DNA of 64,000 nucleotides, taken from Candidatus Omnitrophota bacterium. GTDB taxonomy: Bacteria > Omnitrophota > Gorgyraeia > Aquiviventales > Aquiviventaceae. Of this stretch, positions 46,407 through 54,236 are shown in pieces. Under the pieces are notes generated by a model that was not told where the DNA came from, ran no database searches, and saw only the letters and a list, made by a program, of their open reading frames with translations. Location: positions 124 through 64,123 of the forward strand of contig JAHFGT010000005.1 of the NCBI GenBank assembly GCA_023247275.1, given 5' to 3'. Each line of letters opens with the position of its first letter. Positions within the stretch are counted from its first letter, which is position 1. The translations under genes and the position numbers were made by a program.

Positions 46407-46808
46407 CTAGGGACAGCTGGTCCAGGTTCCTGATGGGGTGCGGTTGCCATCGGTTACCTTCAGCCAACTGTTATTGCACTGCCCGCCTTGCCGGGTCGCT
46501 TTGGCGGTGAACTTGGCGCACCCGGCAGTGCAGTTGACGGCAAATTGAATCGACCCGTCCGGCGGGTTTGGATCTTCCATGCTGATGTCTTTCCATGCTC
46601 CGGGCGGCACGTCCAGATACTTGCTGTTGGCAAAGAAATAGACCCGTTCCCCGGCATAGGTGGCCATCAACAGATCCTCTGCCTCGCGTCGACGGCCCAA
46701 CTCGATCGTCTTCGTGAAGTTTGGATAGGCGATCGCGGCCAGGACAGCAAGGATGACGATGGTCATCAGCACTTCGCTGAGCGTAAATCCATCCCGGGCG
46801 CGCTTCAT
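46407..46808 (-). CDS. Pilin-like protein (FimU/PilE-like, 133 aa)
   Basis: MKRARDG|FTLSEVLMTIVILAVLAAIAYPNF. The ATG 46808 overlaps the upstream stop by 1 nt (TGATG). It has four Cys in the C-terminal half. Confidence 0.65.
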   Translation of the reverse strand: MKRARDGFTLSEVLMTIVILAVLAAIAYPNFTKTIELGRRREAEDLLMATYAGERVYFFANSKYLDVPPGAWKDISMEDPNPPDGSIQFAVNCTAGCAKFTAKATRQGGQCNNSWLKVTDGNRTPSGTWTSCP

Positions 46809-47173
46809 CAGTTCAGCGTGTAGGTGACATGTACCTGAAGCTTGCGACCTTGGCATGGCGTTGCGGTGCACGGGGGGATTTCGACATCGACAAAATCGTT
46901 CGGGTCGGTGGTCGTTCCATTCCCGTTGACATCGAACACCACATCAGCGTCTCCTGCTGGATCACTCCACGTCGGGTTTTGCCAGAGCTGCTGCATGGCC
47001 CAAACCAGACCGGCCTCTGCCGCGTACCGGGCTTGGAGTCGGCGCACGTGATAGGCTGACTGGTTGATCCGGGCCATCGACATGGTGAGCGCTGCGAACG
47101 CCGCGATCGAGAACACCATCGCGGTGATAATTACCAATCCCAGCGCAATACCGCGTTCGTTGCTTGGCCGCAT
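46808..47173 (-). CDS. PilX-like minor pilin (121 aa)
   Basis: MRPSNERGIALGLVIITAMVFSIAAFAAL matches the PilX_N pattern (ERG.AL......, no Glu+5). GAGGAG SD lies 7 nt upstream. Confidence 0.6.
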   Translation of the reverse strand: MRPSNERGIALGLVIITAMVFSIAAFAALTMSMARINQSAYHVRRLQARYAAEAGLVWAMQQLWQNPTWSDPAGDADVVFDVNGNGTTTDPNDFVDVEIPPCTATPCQGRKLQVHVTYTLN

Positions 47174-47184
47174 CTGAGCTCCTC

Positions 47185-47226
47185 AAAAAATGCAACAGCC
47201 GAACTACTGTCCGGTAGCTCGGCTGT
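47185..47226 (-). terminator. Intrinsic terminator/attenuator hairpin immediately upstream of the pilX SD
   Basis: Minus-strand RNA: ACAGCCGAGCUAC-CGGACA-GUAGUUCGGCUGU (13-bp stem including one G.U), then UGCAUUUUUU. GAGGAGCUCAG-AUG follows directly. Confidence 0.6.
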
Positions 47227-47256
47227 CTCATAACGCCGGGTGTGCACTATTGTCTA

Positions 47257-47319
47257 CTAGCCCGGTCGTCTCAGGTGAGACCCGCAGCTTTGCGCCCCCG
47301 CCTCACGGCGCCCTGTCGC
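47257..47319 (-). ncRNA. Candidate GEMM-I-like (c-di-GMP-I class) riboswitch aptamer in the minor-pilin leader
   Basis: Minus-strand RNA: GCGACAGGGCGCC-GUGA-GGCGGGGGCGC-AAA-GCUGCGGGUCUC-ACCU-GAGACGACCGGGCUAG. Two adjacent hairpins are present, the first capped by a GNRA (GYRA) loop. They are joined by AAA within CGCAAAGCUGCGGGUCU. This resembles the conserved ACGCAAAGCYnCGGG core I recall for GEMM-I. It is not verified with a covariance model. Confidence 0.35.
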
Positions 47320-47438
47320 AACGCTCCTGCGACAAGGTCTGCCACCTGTCCTTCTTAAGGAAAGCGCGCACGTTTCGGTGGCAGCGGTTAACCCTTTTCG
47401 GATCCAGTAACATACATTTCTTTAATATGTACGACAAA

Positions 47439-47468
47439 AGTATATCTCCGACGACAATCAACTGTCAA
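47439..47468 (-). promoter_or_regulatory. Sigma70-type promoter of the minor-pilin operon leader
   Basis: On the minus strand: TTGACA (47468..47463), 18 nt, TATACT (47444..47439). A second TTGACG lies 9 nt upstream. This predicts a ~260-nt 5' UTR. Confidence 0.5.
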
Positions 47469-47548
47469 GCACGACGTCAAGGGTTGAGACGTTCCAGGGT
47501 CTGTACGGTAACAACGGATACGCTCTGCTCAGCAGGAGTATCAAATTC

Positions 47549-47881
47549 TTAGCGAGGATCAACGGTGTCAAGCACCCACCGCGCATAGGGAGGATGGCCG
47601 TGCGTGACCGGCAGGGCGATGATTTCAGGAACCTCATAGGGATGCAGCGAGCGGATGAGTCGGCACAGATCGGCAAATCGATTCGAGCTGGTCTTGATGA
47701 CGAGTAAGACCTCACGAGCTTGCTCAACCTGACCCTTCCACACATAGGTGGATTCTACATCTGCGTTGATCACGTTGACGCAGGCCGCGACCCGCTGCTG
47801 AACTAGCGCATGCGCCAACCGCCGAGCCACCGTGCGAGTCGGGCAGGTCACCAGCACAACCACCACTCGACCGCGCGCCAT
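47549..47881 (-). CDS. cutA: Divalent-cation tolerance protein CutA
   Basis: VVVLVTCPTRTVARRLAHALVQQRVAACVNVI...VESTYVWKGQVEQAREVLLVIKT...LHPYEVPEIIALPV. The start is set at ATG 47881. Confidence 0.85.
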   Translation of the reverse strand: MARGRVVVVLVTCPTRTVARRLAHALVQQRVAACVNVINADVESTYVWKGQVEQAREVLLVIKTSSNRFADLCRLIRSLHPYEVPEIIALPVTHGHPPYARWVLDTVDPR

Positions 47882-47886
47882 GGCTG

Positions 47887-48090
47887 TTAGGGGCGGCGCA
47901 GCGACACGTGAAGATCTGCTCCGTCTTGTCGTACGATCACATGACCCTCGCGGGCCAGCCATCCGAGACTCATCAACACCAGCGTCTGTGACCGATCAAT
48001 CGACTTGGGTAGTTGACTGAATAACGTTTCCCCATGATTATCGAGATAATGCCAGATCTCTCCGGCCACAATTCCGATCTCGGTGATCAT
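47887..48090 (-). CDS. Winged-helix protein, DUF2582-like (67 aa)
   Basis: IGIVAGEIWHYLDNHGETLFSQLPKSIDRSQTLVLMSLGWLAREGHV matches the DUF2582 pattern (IG..AG.IW..L...G......L........ALGWLARE). Confidence 0.6.
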   Translation of the reverse strand: MITEIGIVAGEIWHYLDNHGETLFSQLPKSIDRSQTLVLMSLGWLAREGHVIVRQDGADLHVSLRRP

Positions 48091-48108
48091 GCGTCCTCCT
48101 GTTCCTTG

Positions 48109-48498
48109 CTATTCTGACAGCGTCGCGATATGCACCTGCTCATGCCCGGTTTCCCGACAGACATCCCACAGCTCGATCAATTTGTCCACGTACGCATGGC
48201 GATCCGCTCGGATCAGGATCGGTTTCCCATCCGCGGCGTGCTCCAAGCGATCTCGAACCTGCTTGAGCGAGACGACCTGCTCATCCCAGTATACGACATG
48301 GTCCTTCGTCAGTGTCAGCATGATGTTGGACGGTGAGATCTGCTCGCTGCTGGTCGCTTTCGGCAGCGAAATCTTGATTCCTGGATGCAGCACAAAGCTG
48401 GACGTCAGCATGAAGTAGATCAGCTGCTGAAACACCACGTCGATCATCGGCGCGATATCGACCGAGACCGGTTCGCTGATTCGACGTCGCAGTCGCAT
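48109..48498 (-). CDS. ExbD/TolR biopolymer transport protein
   Basis: VDIAPMIDVVFQQLIYFMLTSSF is the N-terminal TM signature. A periplasmic domain with LIRADRHAYVDKLIELWDVC follows. Confidence 0.8.
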   Translation of the reverse strand: MRLRRRISEPVSVDIAPMIDVVFQQLIYFMLTSSFVLHPGIKISLPKATSSEQISPSNIMLTLTKDHVVYWDEQVVSLKQVRDRLEHAADGKPILIRADRHAYVDKLIELWDVCRETGHEQVHIATLSE

Positions 48499-48501
48499 CG
48501 T

Positions 48502-49200
48502 TCAGTGAGGAGCTCCGGGCCGACGCCAGCCAGCAACGATGGTCGCGGCTTTCTCCATATGAAACTGCGTTTCGCTCACCCGCCCGACAAAATAGTTGTA
48601 CACCAGGATCGTCGGGATGGCGACGATCAACCCTGCGACGGTGGTGATCAAGGCTTCCCACACGCCCCCGGCCAAATCGCCTGGGCTGACTGGGCTCCCG
48701 CCACCGGATTTCATTTGAATCACTTGGAAGGCACGGACCAGTCCGGTCACTGTTCCCAGCAGCCCCAACAGAGTGGCCACTTGCGCCAAGGTGGAGAGCC
48801 AGCGCAGGTGTTGTTCAATAGCTGGCAACTCTTGGTAGGCGGCATCTTCCATGGCTTCGTCGATCTCTTTTGCGGTCGCTTCATGTGACGCCAGCCCGGC
48901 GAGGACGACCCGGGCTACCGGACCTCGCCACGTCTCGCACAACGCCTTAGCCTCTGGCCATCGGCGAGAATCCACAGCGGCGCGCAGCTGCTCAAAGAAT
49001 CGGTCCATGTTGCGCCCATGATTCAGGCTGAAAAAGAACAGCAGCCGTTCCATGGTCAGTGTGAGCGAGAAGATCGAGCACATGACAATCGGAATCATCA
49101 CCGGTCCGCCACGGTGGATGATGTCGACAAAAGCGTACAGCAGCCAGCCGAGCCCGGCGGCGGTGATCAGAAACACGACGAGTTGGATCGCGCGACTCAT
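48502..49200 (-). CDS. MotA/TolQ/ExbB proton-channel protein
   Basis: Three TM helices, with C-terminal signature LSTLAQVATLLGLLGTVTGLVRAF......GGVWEALITTVAGLIVAIP. Confidence 0.8.
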   Translation of the reverse strand: MSRAIQLVVFLITAAGLGWLLYAFVDIIHRGGPVMIPIVMCSIFSLTLTMERLLFFFSLNHGRNMDRFFEQLRAAVDSRRWPEAKALCETWRGPVARVVLAGLASHEATAKEIDEAMEDAAYQELPAIEQHLRWLSTLAQVATLLGLLGTVTGLVRAFQVIQMKSGGGSPVSPGDLAGGVWEALITTVAGLIVAIPTILVYNYFVGRVSETQFHMEKAATIVAGWRRPGAPH

Positions 49201-49213
49201 GATGACGGATCGC

Positions 49214-51304
49214 TTACGGCAACTGTCGCAACTCGCTCAATCGTTCCTTGGCCATCGCGGCTTCAGGGATTGGCTGTCCGGCAAGCGACTGATAGATCGC
49301 CTCGGCTTCTACCATTCGGTCTTCATGCTCGAGCAGTTTTGCGGCAGCGAGCTGTCCGCGGACCTGCCATGGTGACGCTTCCACATGCTGGTACCATGGA
49401 ATGGCGACTCGCACATCCCCGCCCTCTTCGTAACACGAGGCCGTCAGATAGGTCGCTTCAGCGGTGAGGGCTGGTGACAACTGCGAGGCCACATCATACC
49501 ATCGGATTGCCTTAACGTACATCCGCTCTGCGCGGGCCAAATCACCCAACCGCTTTGCCACTTTGGCGCGATGGCTGCCGGTAAGCCGGTCATGCTCATA
49601 GATGTCCGCTAACCAGCCGATCACCTCGGCTGTGGATTGATGGCGCAATCGCAAATCGGCCAGCAAGAGCCGGGCATCCAAAGCCTCTTCTGTTGCTGGG
49701 GCACGGGCGATCGTCTCCTCGCACAACCGTTGGGCAGCCTGTTCATCTCCATGCTCCATCGCCAGCATCGCCTCATAGTAGCTGACCCGAGCCCCTAATG
49801 ACCCTCCGGCATATTGCTGCTTCAGCGACATCAATTGCACTTGCGCTTGCTCATCCTGTCCGTTCGCCAACGCAGCGATCAGCAGTCCAAGCCGCGCTTC
49901 ACCGGCAATGGCCGGATCCGGATGCGCCGATAACATCTCAAACCGCTTCACCGCCTCGGCTGGCTGTCCGGCCTGGAGCTCCATGCGTCCGAGTTGGTAC
50001 GTCGCGTACGCGGCGGTGATCGTGGTCGGTGCTGCCGCGATCGCTTGTTCATACAGTTGCCGAGCTCCCTCGATGTCGGCTTGATACAACTTCACGTCGG
50101 CTAACCCACTCATCGCCACTTGCTGGGTCGCCGGATCGCCCTGTTCGCGCGCCAATTGGAGCACGGTCTGGGCCTGAGCCGGGTTCCCGTCTTCAAGCGC
50201 CACCAGGCCCAATTTGAGTTGGACTTTGGCGCGTGAACCGGTATCAAGCGGCCGCTTCAGCAGTGTCTGGAGCAATTCGCGGGCGAGTTGAAACTCTCCT
50301 TGTCGTCGGTAGCCATCGACAATCAATAGGCCGCTCTCAAACGCCAACGGATGTTTGGGATCCTCGGCAATAATCCGCTTAAACCGGGACAAGGCCTCTA
50401 CTTCACGACCGGCTTGTAACAAGCAACTGCCCTGCGCAAACAGCGCTTCGCTCTGATGTTCGACCGGCGGCTGCTGCAGATACCGCTGGAACAGTTCAAT
50501 GCTTTCAGCACAATGGCCGTCTTGGAAATAGGCCCATCCTAATCCGAATTGAGACAGGTGAGCCCAGGATGACGTTGGCCCGGCACTCAGCGCCCGTTGA
50601 TAGGCTTGAATGGCCTCGCCGTACCGCTGCGCGCCGGTGTAGCTTTCCGCAAGATAGAAGTTGGCCTGAGCCCCAGTGTCCGAGGTTTGCACGTGGGGGA
50701 CAATGGACTCGAGTGTGGCGATCGCTTCAGTGAATCGGTTGAGTCGCAGCTCGCACAAACCTTCGAACAGACGCGCATCCACAGCCAAGGTGGTTCCTGC
50801 CCGTTGAGCAGCCACCTGCTGAAAATAGGTGCTGGCCACCTCATAGGACTGCTGATGGAGATAGACCAATCCGACGCCGAGCTGTGCTTGCGCACCCCAG
50901 GTGGTGTCCGGGTATTGCGTCAACAATTGCTGATAGGCTGTTTTCGCCCGCGCCATGTGCAACGCGCGGCGGCTGATGTCTCCCTCCCAAAACAACACCT
51001 CTGGCCAGAGCCGGTCATTGGCAGTTAAACGTGTCTTGAGCCGATCCAGTTCGCGCAAGGCATCGTTCGCCTGCTGCAGTCGGTCCAGACTGAGCGCGAG
51101 CCACAGCCAAACGCGCGGCACTTCTGGAACCTGCGGGTTTTGCAGAATGAAGGTTTGCGCCAGGGAAGCCACGCGGTCAAATTGTTCCTGAAGGAACGCG
51201 GTTTGGATCGCCGTGTAGCCTGGGGTGGGATCAGCCTGGGCCAGCGCAGCGCGCAGGAGCCACGCGACTATCATAAAACTGATTGTTCGTTGATGACGCC
51301 ACAT
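49214..51304 (-). CDS. Secreted tetratricopeptide-repeat protein (YbgF-like repeats)
   Basis: Signal peptide MWRHQRTISFMIVAWLLRAALAQA when started at ATG 51304, which overlaps the uvrA stop by 1 nt (TAATG). TPR-like units run throughout. Confidence 0.7.
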   Translation of the reverse strand: MWRHQRTISFMIVAWLLRAALAQADPTPGYTAIQTAFLQEQFDRVASLAQTFILQNPQVPEVPRVWLWLALSLDRLQQANDALRELDRLKTRLTANDRLWPEVLFWEGDISRRALHMARAKTAYQQLLTQYPDTTWGAQAQLGVGLVYLHQQSYEVASTYFQQVAAQRAGTTLAVDARLFEGLCELRLNRFTEAIATLESIVPHVQTSDTGAQANFYLAESYTGAQRYGEAIQAYQRALSAGPTSSWAHLSQFGLGWAYFQDGHCAESIELFQRYLQQPPVEHQSEALFAQGSCLLQAGREVEALSRFKRIIAEDPKHPLAFESGLLIVDGYRRQGEFQLARELLQTLLKRPLDTGSRAKVQLKLGLVALEDGNPAQAQTVLQLAREQGDPATQQVAMSGLADVKLYQADIEGARQLYEQAIAAAPTTITAAYATYQLGRMELQAGQPAEAVKRFEMLSAHPDPAIAGEARLGLLIAALANGQDEQAQVQLMSLKQQYAGGSLGARVSYYEAMLAMEHGDEQAAQRLCEETIARAPATEEALDARLLLADLRLRHQSTAEVIGWLADIYEHDRLTGSHRAKVAKRLGDLARAERMYVKAIRWYDVASQLSPALTAEATYLTASCYEEGGDVRVAIPWYQHVEASPWQVRGQLAAAKLLEHEDRMVEAEAIYQSLAGQPIPEAAMAKERLSELRQLP

Positions 51305-54138
51305 TACCGCACCACGTGACCCGTGAGGGGTCGGCGGACACCCTGCAGGAGCGGCTGGAGAAACCGCCCGGTCCACGATTCAGCCACGGCCGCCACCACC
51401 TCAGGGGTTCCGGCAGCCACCAATCGGCCGCCGGCGGCGCCACCTTCCGGACCCAGATCAATCAGATAGTCCGCTGTCTTGACTACATCAAGGTTGTGCT
51501 CAATGACGACCACCGTATTCCCGTGCTCCACCAACCGGTGGAGCACGCCCAGCAGCTGCTCAATATCGGCAACATGCAGCCCGGTCGTCGGCTCATCCAG
51601 GAGATACAGCGTGCGTCCGGTCGCTCGACGCGACAGCTCGCGCGATAATTTGATGCGTTGCGCTTCTCCTCCTGACAGCGTGGTCGCCGATTGTCCCAGC
51701 TCGAGGTAGTCTAAACCCACCGCCCGGATCGTCCGCAGCTTCTCGCCAATCGCCGGCACATCGGCAAAAACCTGGAGCGCCTCCTCGACTGTCATCGCTA
51801 ACACATCTGCGATCGACCGATCTTTGTAGGTGATGTGTAGCGTGTGCTCGTTGAACCGTTTGCCTTTGCAGACCTCGCAGCGTACGTACACATCTGGCAG
51901 GAAATGCATTTCGATCCGCTTGATCCCGTCCCCTTCGCACGCCTCGCACCGACCACCTTTGACATTGAAACTAAATCGTCCAGGCCCGAACCCGCGTAGC
52001 TTCGCCGCCGGGGTGTGACTGAACAGCTCCCGAATCGGACCAAACGCACCGGTATACGTGGCTGGGTTTGACCGGGGCGTGCGACCGATCGGTGATTGAT
52101 CAATCACGATGACCTTATCGATCTGCTCCAGGCCGGTGATTCGCTCGTGTCGACCAGGAGGCTCTCGACTGCCGTAGAACCGACGGGCCAACGCCCGGTA
52201 GAGGATATCATCGACCAGCGTCGACTTGCCAGACCCAGACACCCCAGTCACGCAGACAAAACAGCCCAGCGGGATCTTCACGTCAATGTGTTGCAGATTA
52301 TGCTCAGCGGCGCCATGGATCACCAGGGCCTCGCGATCCGATGGCCGGCGCTGCGACGGCACAGGGATTCGCCGTGCTCCGGTGAGGAACTGGGCGGTGA
52401 CGCTGCGAGGCGCCGTGAGAATCTCATGGAGCGTCCCGCTGGCGACGACTTCTCCGCCATGTTTGCCGGCTCCTGGCCCCAAGTCGACGATATGATCAGC
52501 GCGGCGAATGGTCGCCTCGTCATGCTCGACCACCACCAGCGTGTTGCCAACATCCCGTAAGCGTTCCAGGGTCGTGAGCAGTTTTTCGTTGTCTCGTTGG
52601 TGCAGGCCAATGGACGGTTCATCCAAGATATAGAGGACGCCGACCAACCCTGATCCGACCTGGGTCGCGAGTCGAATGCGCTGCGCTTCACCCCCTGACA
52701 AGCTGGCTGATGCGCGATCCAAGGTGAGATAGCCCAGTCCGACATCCAGCAGAAATTGCAGCCGGCGGCCGATCTCTTTCAAGATCGGTTCGGCCACCGC
52801 GTGTTGCTGCGTGGTCCATCGCAGCGTCACCAGCCATTGCTGGGCCGCGGCGATCGACTCGGTCGTCACCTCGGCAATCGATCGGCCAGCGATCCGCACC
52901 GCCAGACTGGCTGGTTTCAACCGAGCGCCGTGGCACTCCGGGCATGGCAGCACACTCATGAACCGAGCGATGTCTTCCTTCACATAGTCTGAATCGGTCT
53001 GCCGGAACCGACGCTCAAGATTTGGGATGATTCCTTCGAACAGACCTCCCCACGTCGGCTGGTCTGATCCATAAAGCAGGATCTTCTGCAGTCGCCGGTC
53101 GACCGAACGAAATGGCACATCCAAGCTGATCTGGTACTGCTGCGCCACCTCGCGAATCAACCGGTTATAGTACATCATCATATGCATCCCGCCCCGCTTC
53201 CACGGCTCAATCGCTCCGTCGCGCAGCGACTTCTCCGGGTGTGGCACCACCAGCTCTGGATCGATCTCTAATCGCGTGCCGAGCCCATCACATGTTGGGC
53301 AAGCGCCATACGGGGAGTTAAAGGAGAGGCTTCGCGGCGACAGCTCTTCCACGCTAAATCCGCATTGCGGGCAGGCGTAGAGCTCGCTAAAAGCCAGCTC
53401 TCGCGAGCCGGCGATCACCCGCAGAATTCCTTTGCCGGCCTTCAACGCCGTCTCGACAGACTCGGTCAGGCGTGCCGTGGTCTCGGCGTCGCGTGGCGGC
53501 GGCTCAAGGGTCAGTCGGTCAACGACCACCTCAATGGTATGCGCACGCCGTTTATCCAGCCGAATCGGATCATCCAGATCCTGAAGCCGTCCATCGATTC
53601 TGGCTCGCACAAACCCTTGCCGTTTGATATCCCGCAACAGCTCGACATATTCGCCTTTTCGCCCACGAATCACCGGAGCTAACAAGCTCAATGACCCGGC
53701 TGGCAACGCCAAGAGCTGGCCAACGATTTCCTGTGCGGATTGTTGCGTAATCGGGATCTGACACTGGGGACAATGTGGCGTGCCGACCCGAGCAAACAAC
53801 ACGCGGTAGTAATCATAAATCTCGGTCTGCGTGGCGACGGTTGAGCGGGGATTGCTCCCCGCGGTGCGCTGCTCAATGGCAATGGTGGGCGACAGCCCGT
53901 CGATGGATTCCACATCAGGTTTTTCGAGCCGCTCGAGAAACTGTCGCGCATAGGCGGACAGACTTTCCACATAGCGGCGCTGCCCCTCGGCATACAGCGT
54001 GTCGAAGGCCAAGGAGGATTTCCCTGAGCCGGACAGGCCGGTAATGACGATGAGGCGATTGCGTGGCAGGACCAGATCGACGTGCTTGAGGTTATGCTCG
54101 CTGGCCCCTCGGATACGAATTGCGTCGTTGGTTGACAT
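51304..54138 (-). CDS. uvrA: Excinuclease ABC subunit A
   Basis: IRIRGASEHNLKHVDLVLPRNRLIVITGLSGSGKSSLAFDT, two ABC modules (second Walker A GVSGSGKSTL), and zinc-finger Cys clusters. The start is set at ATG 54138. Confidence 0.92.
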   Translation of the reverse strand: MSTNDAIRIRGASEHNLKHVDLVLPRNRLIVITGLSGSGKSSLAFDTLYAEGQRRYVESLSAYARQFLERLEKPDVESIDGLSPTIAIEQRTAGSNPRSTVATQTEIYDYYRVLFARVGTPHCPQCQIPITQQSAQEIVGQLLALPAGSLSLLAPVIRGRKGEYVELLRDIKRQGFVRARIDGRLQDLDDPIRLDKRRAHTIEVVVDRLTLEPPPRDAETTARLTESVETALKAGKGILRVIAGSRELAFSELYACPQCGFSVEELSPRSLSFNSPYGACPTCDGLGTRLEIDPELVVPHPEKSLRDGAIEPWKRGGMHMMMYYNRLIREVAQQYQISLDVPFRSVDRRLQKILLYGSDQPTWGGLFEGIIPNLERRFRQTDSDYVKEDIARFMSVLPCPECHGARLKPASLAVRIAGRSIAEVTTESIAAAQQWLVTLRWTTQQHAVAEPILKEIGRRLQFLLDVGLGYLTLDRASASLSGGEAQRIRLATQVGSGLVGVLYILDEPSIGLHQRDNEKLLTTLERLRDVGNTLVVVEHDEATIRRADHIVDLGPGAGKHGGEVVASGTLHEILTAPRSVTAQFLTGARRIPVPSQRRPSDREALVIHGAAEHNLQHIDVKIPLGCFVCVTGVSGSGKSTLVDDILYRALARRFYGSREPPGRHERITGLEQIDKVIVIDQSPIGRTPRSNPATYTGAFGPIRELFSHTPAAKLRGFGPGRFSFNVKGGRCEACEGDGIKRIEMHFLPDVYVRCEVCKGKRFNEHTLHITYKDRSIADVLAMTVEEALQVFADVPAIGEKLRTIRAVGLDYLELGQSATTLSGGEAQRIKLSRELSRRATGRTLYLLDEPTTGLHVADIEQLLGVLHRLVEHGNTVVVIEHNLDVVKTADYLIDLGPEGGAAGGRLVAAGTPEVVAAVAESWTGRFLQPLLQGVRRPLTGHVVR

Positions 54139-54187
54139 GTTGATGCGTTTGGGACGCCCGTGTGCGGTGGAGAAATGGATGGGACGC

Positions 54188-54218
54188 AGAGGCCAGACCC
54201 GGGAAGGGCCTGGCCTCT
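54188..54218 (-). terminator. Strong hairpin (terminator-like) between the small basic ORF and uvrA
   Basis: Minus-strand RNA: AGAGGCCAGGCCC-UUCCC-GGGUCUGGCCUCU (13-bp stem). The downstream sequence GCGUCCCAUCCAUUUCUCC is only moderately U-rich. Confidence 0.4.
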
Positions 54219-54236
54219 TCAACGTCTGTGAACGAC

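Noticed and set aside
47330-47350. Sigma54-type promoter (TGGCAG-N-TTGTC on the minus strand) in the minor-pilin leader. Sigma54/PilR control is common for pilins.
   Set aside because: The GG-to-GC spacing is wrong by 1-2 nt relative to TGGCAC-N5-TTGC. The site is ~165 nt from the ATG. A much better sigma70-type promoter exists at 47439..47468.
54139-54236. SOS/LexA operator upstream of uvrA. The minus strand here reads GTTCACAGACGTTGAAG, a partial palindrome containing GTTCA.
   Set aside because: It matches none of the LexA box consensus forms I know well enough (CTGT-N8-ACAG, CGAACRNRYGTTYC, GTTC-N7-GTTC) without several mismatches. I cannot support it without the organism's LexA motif.
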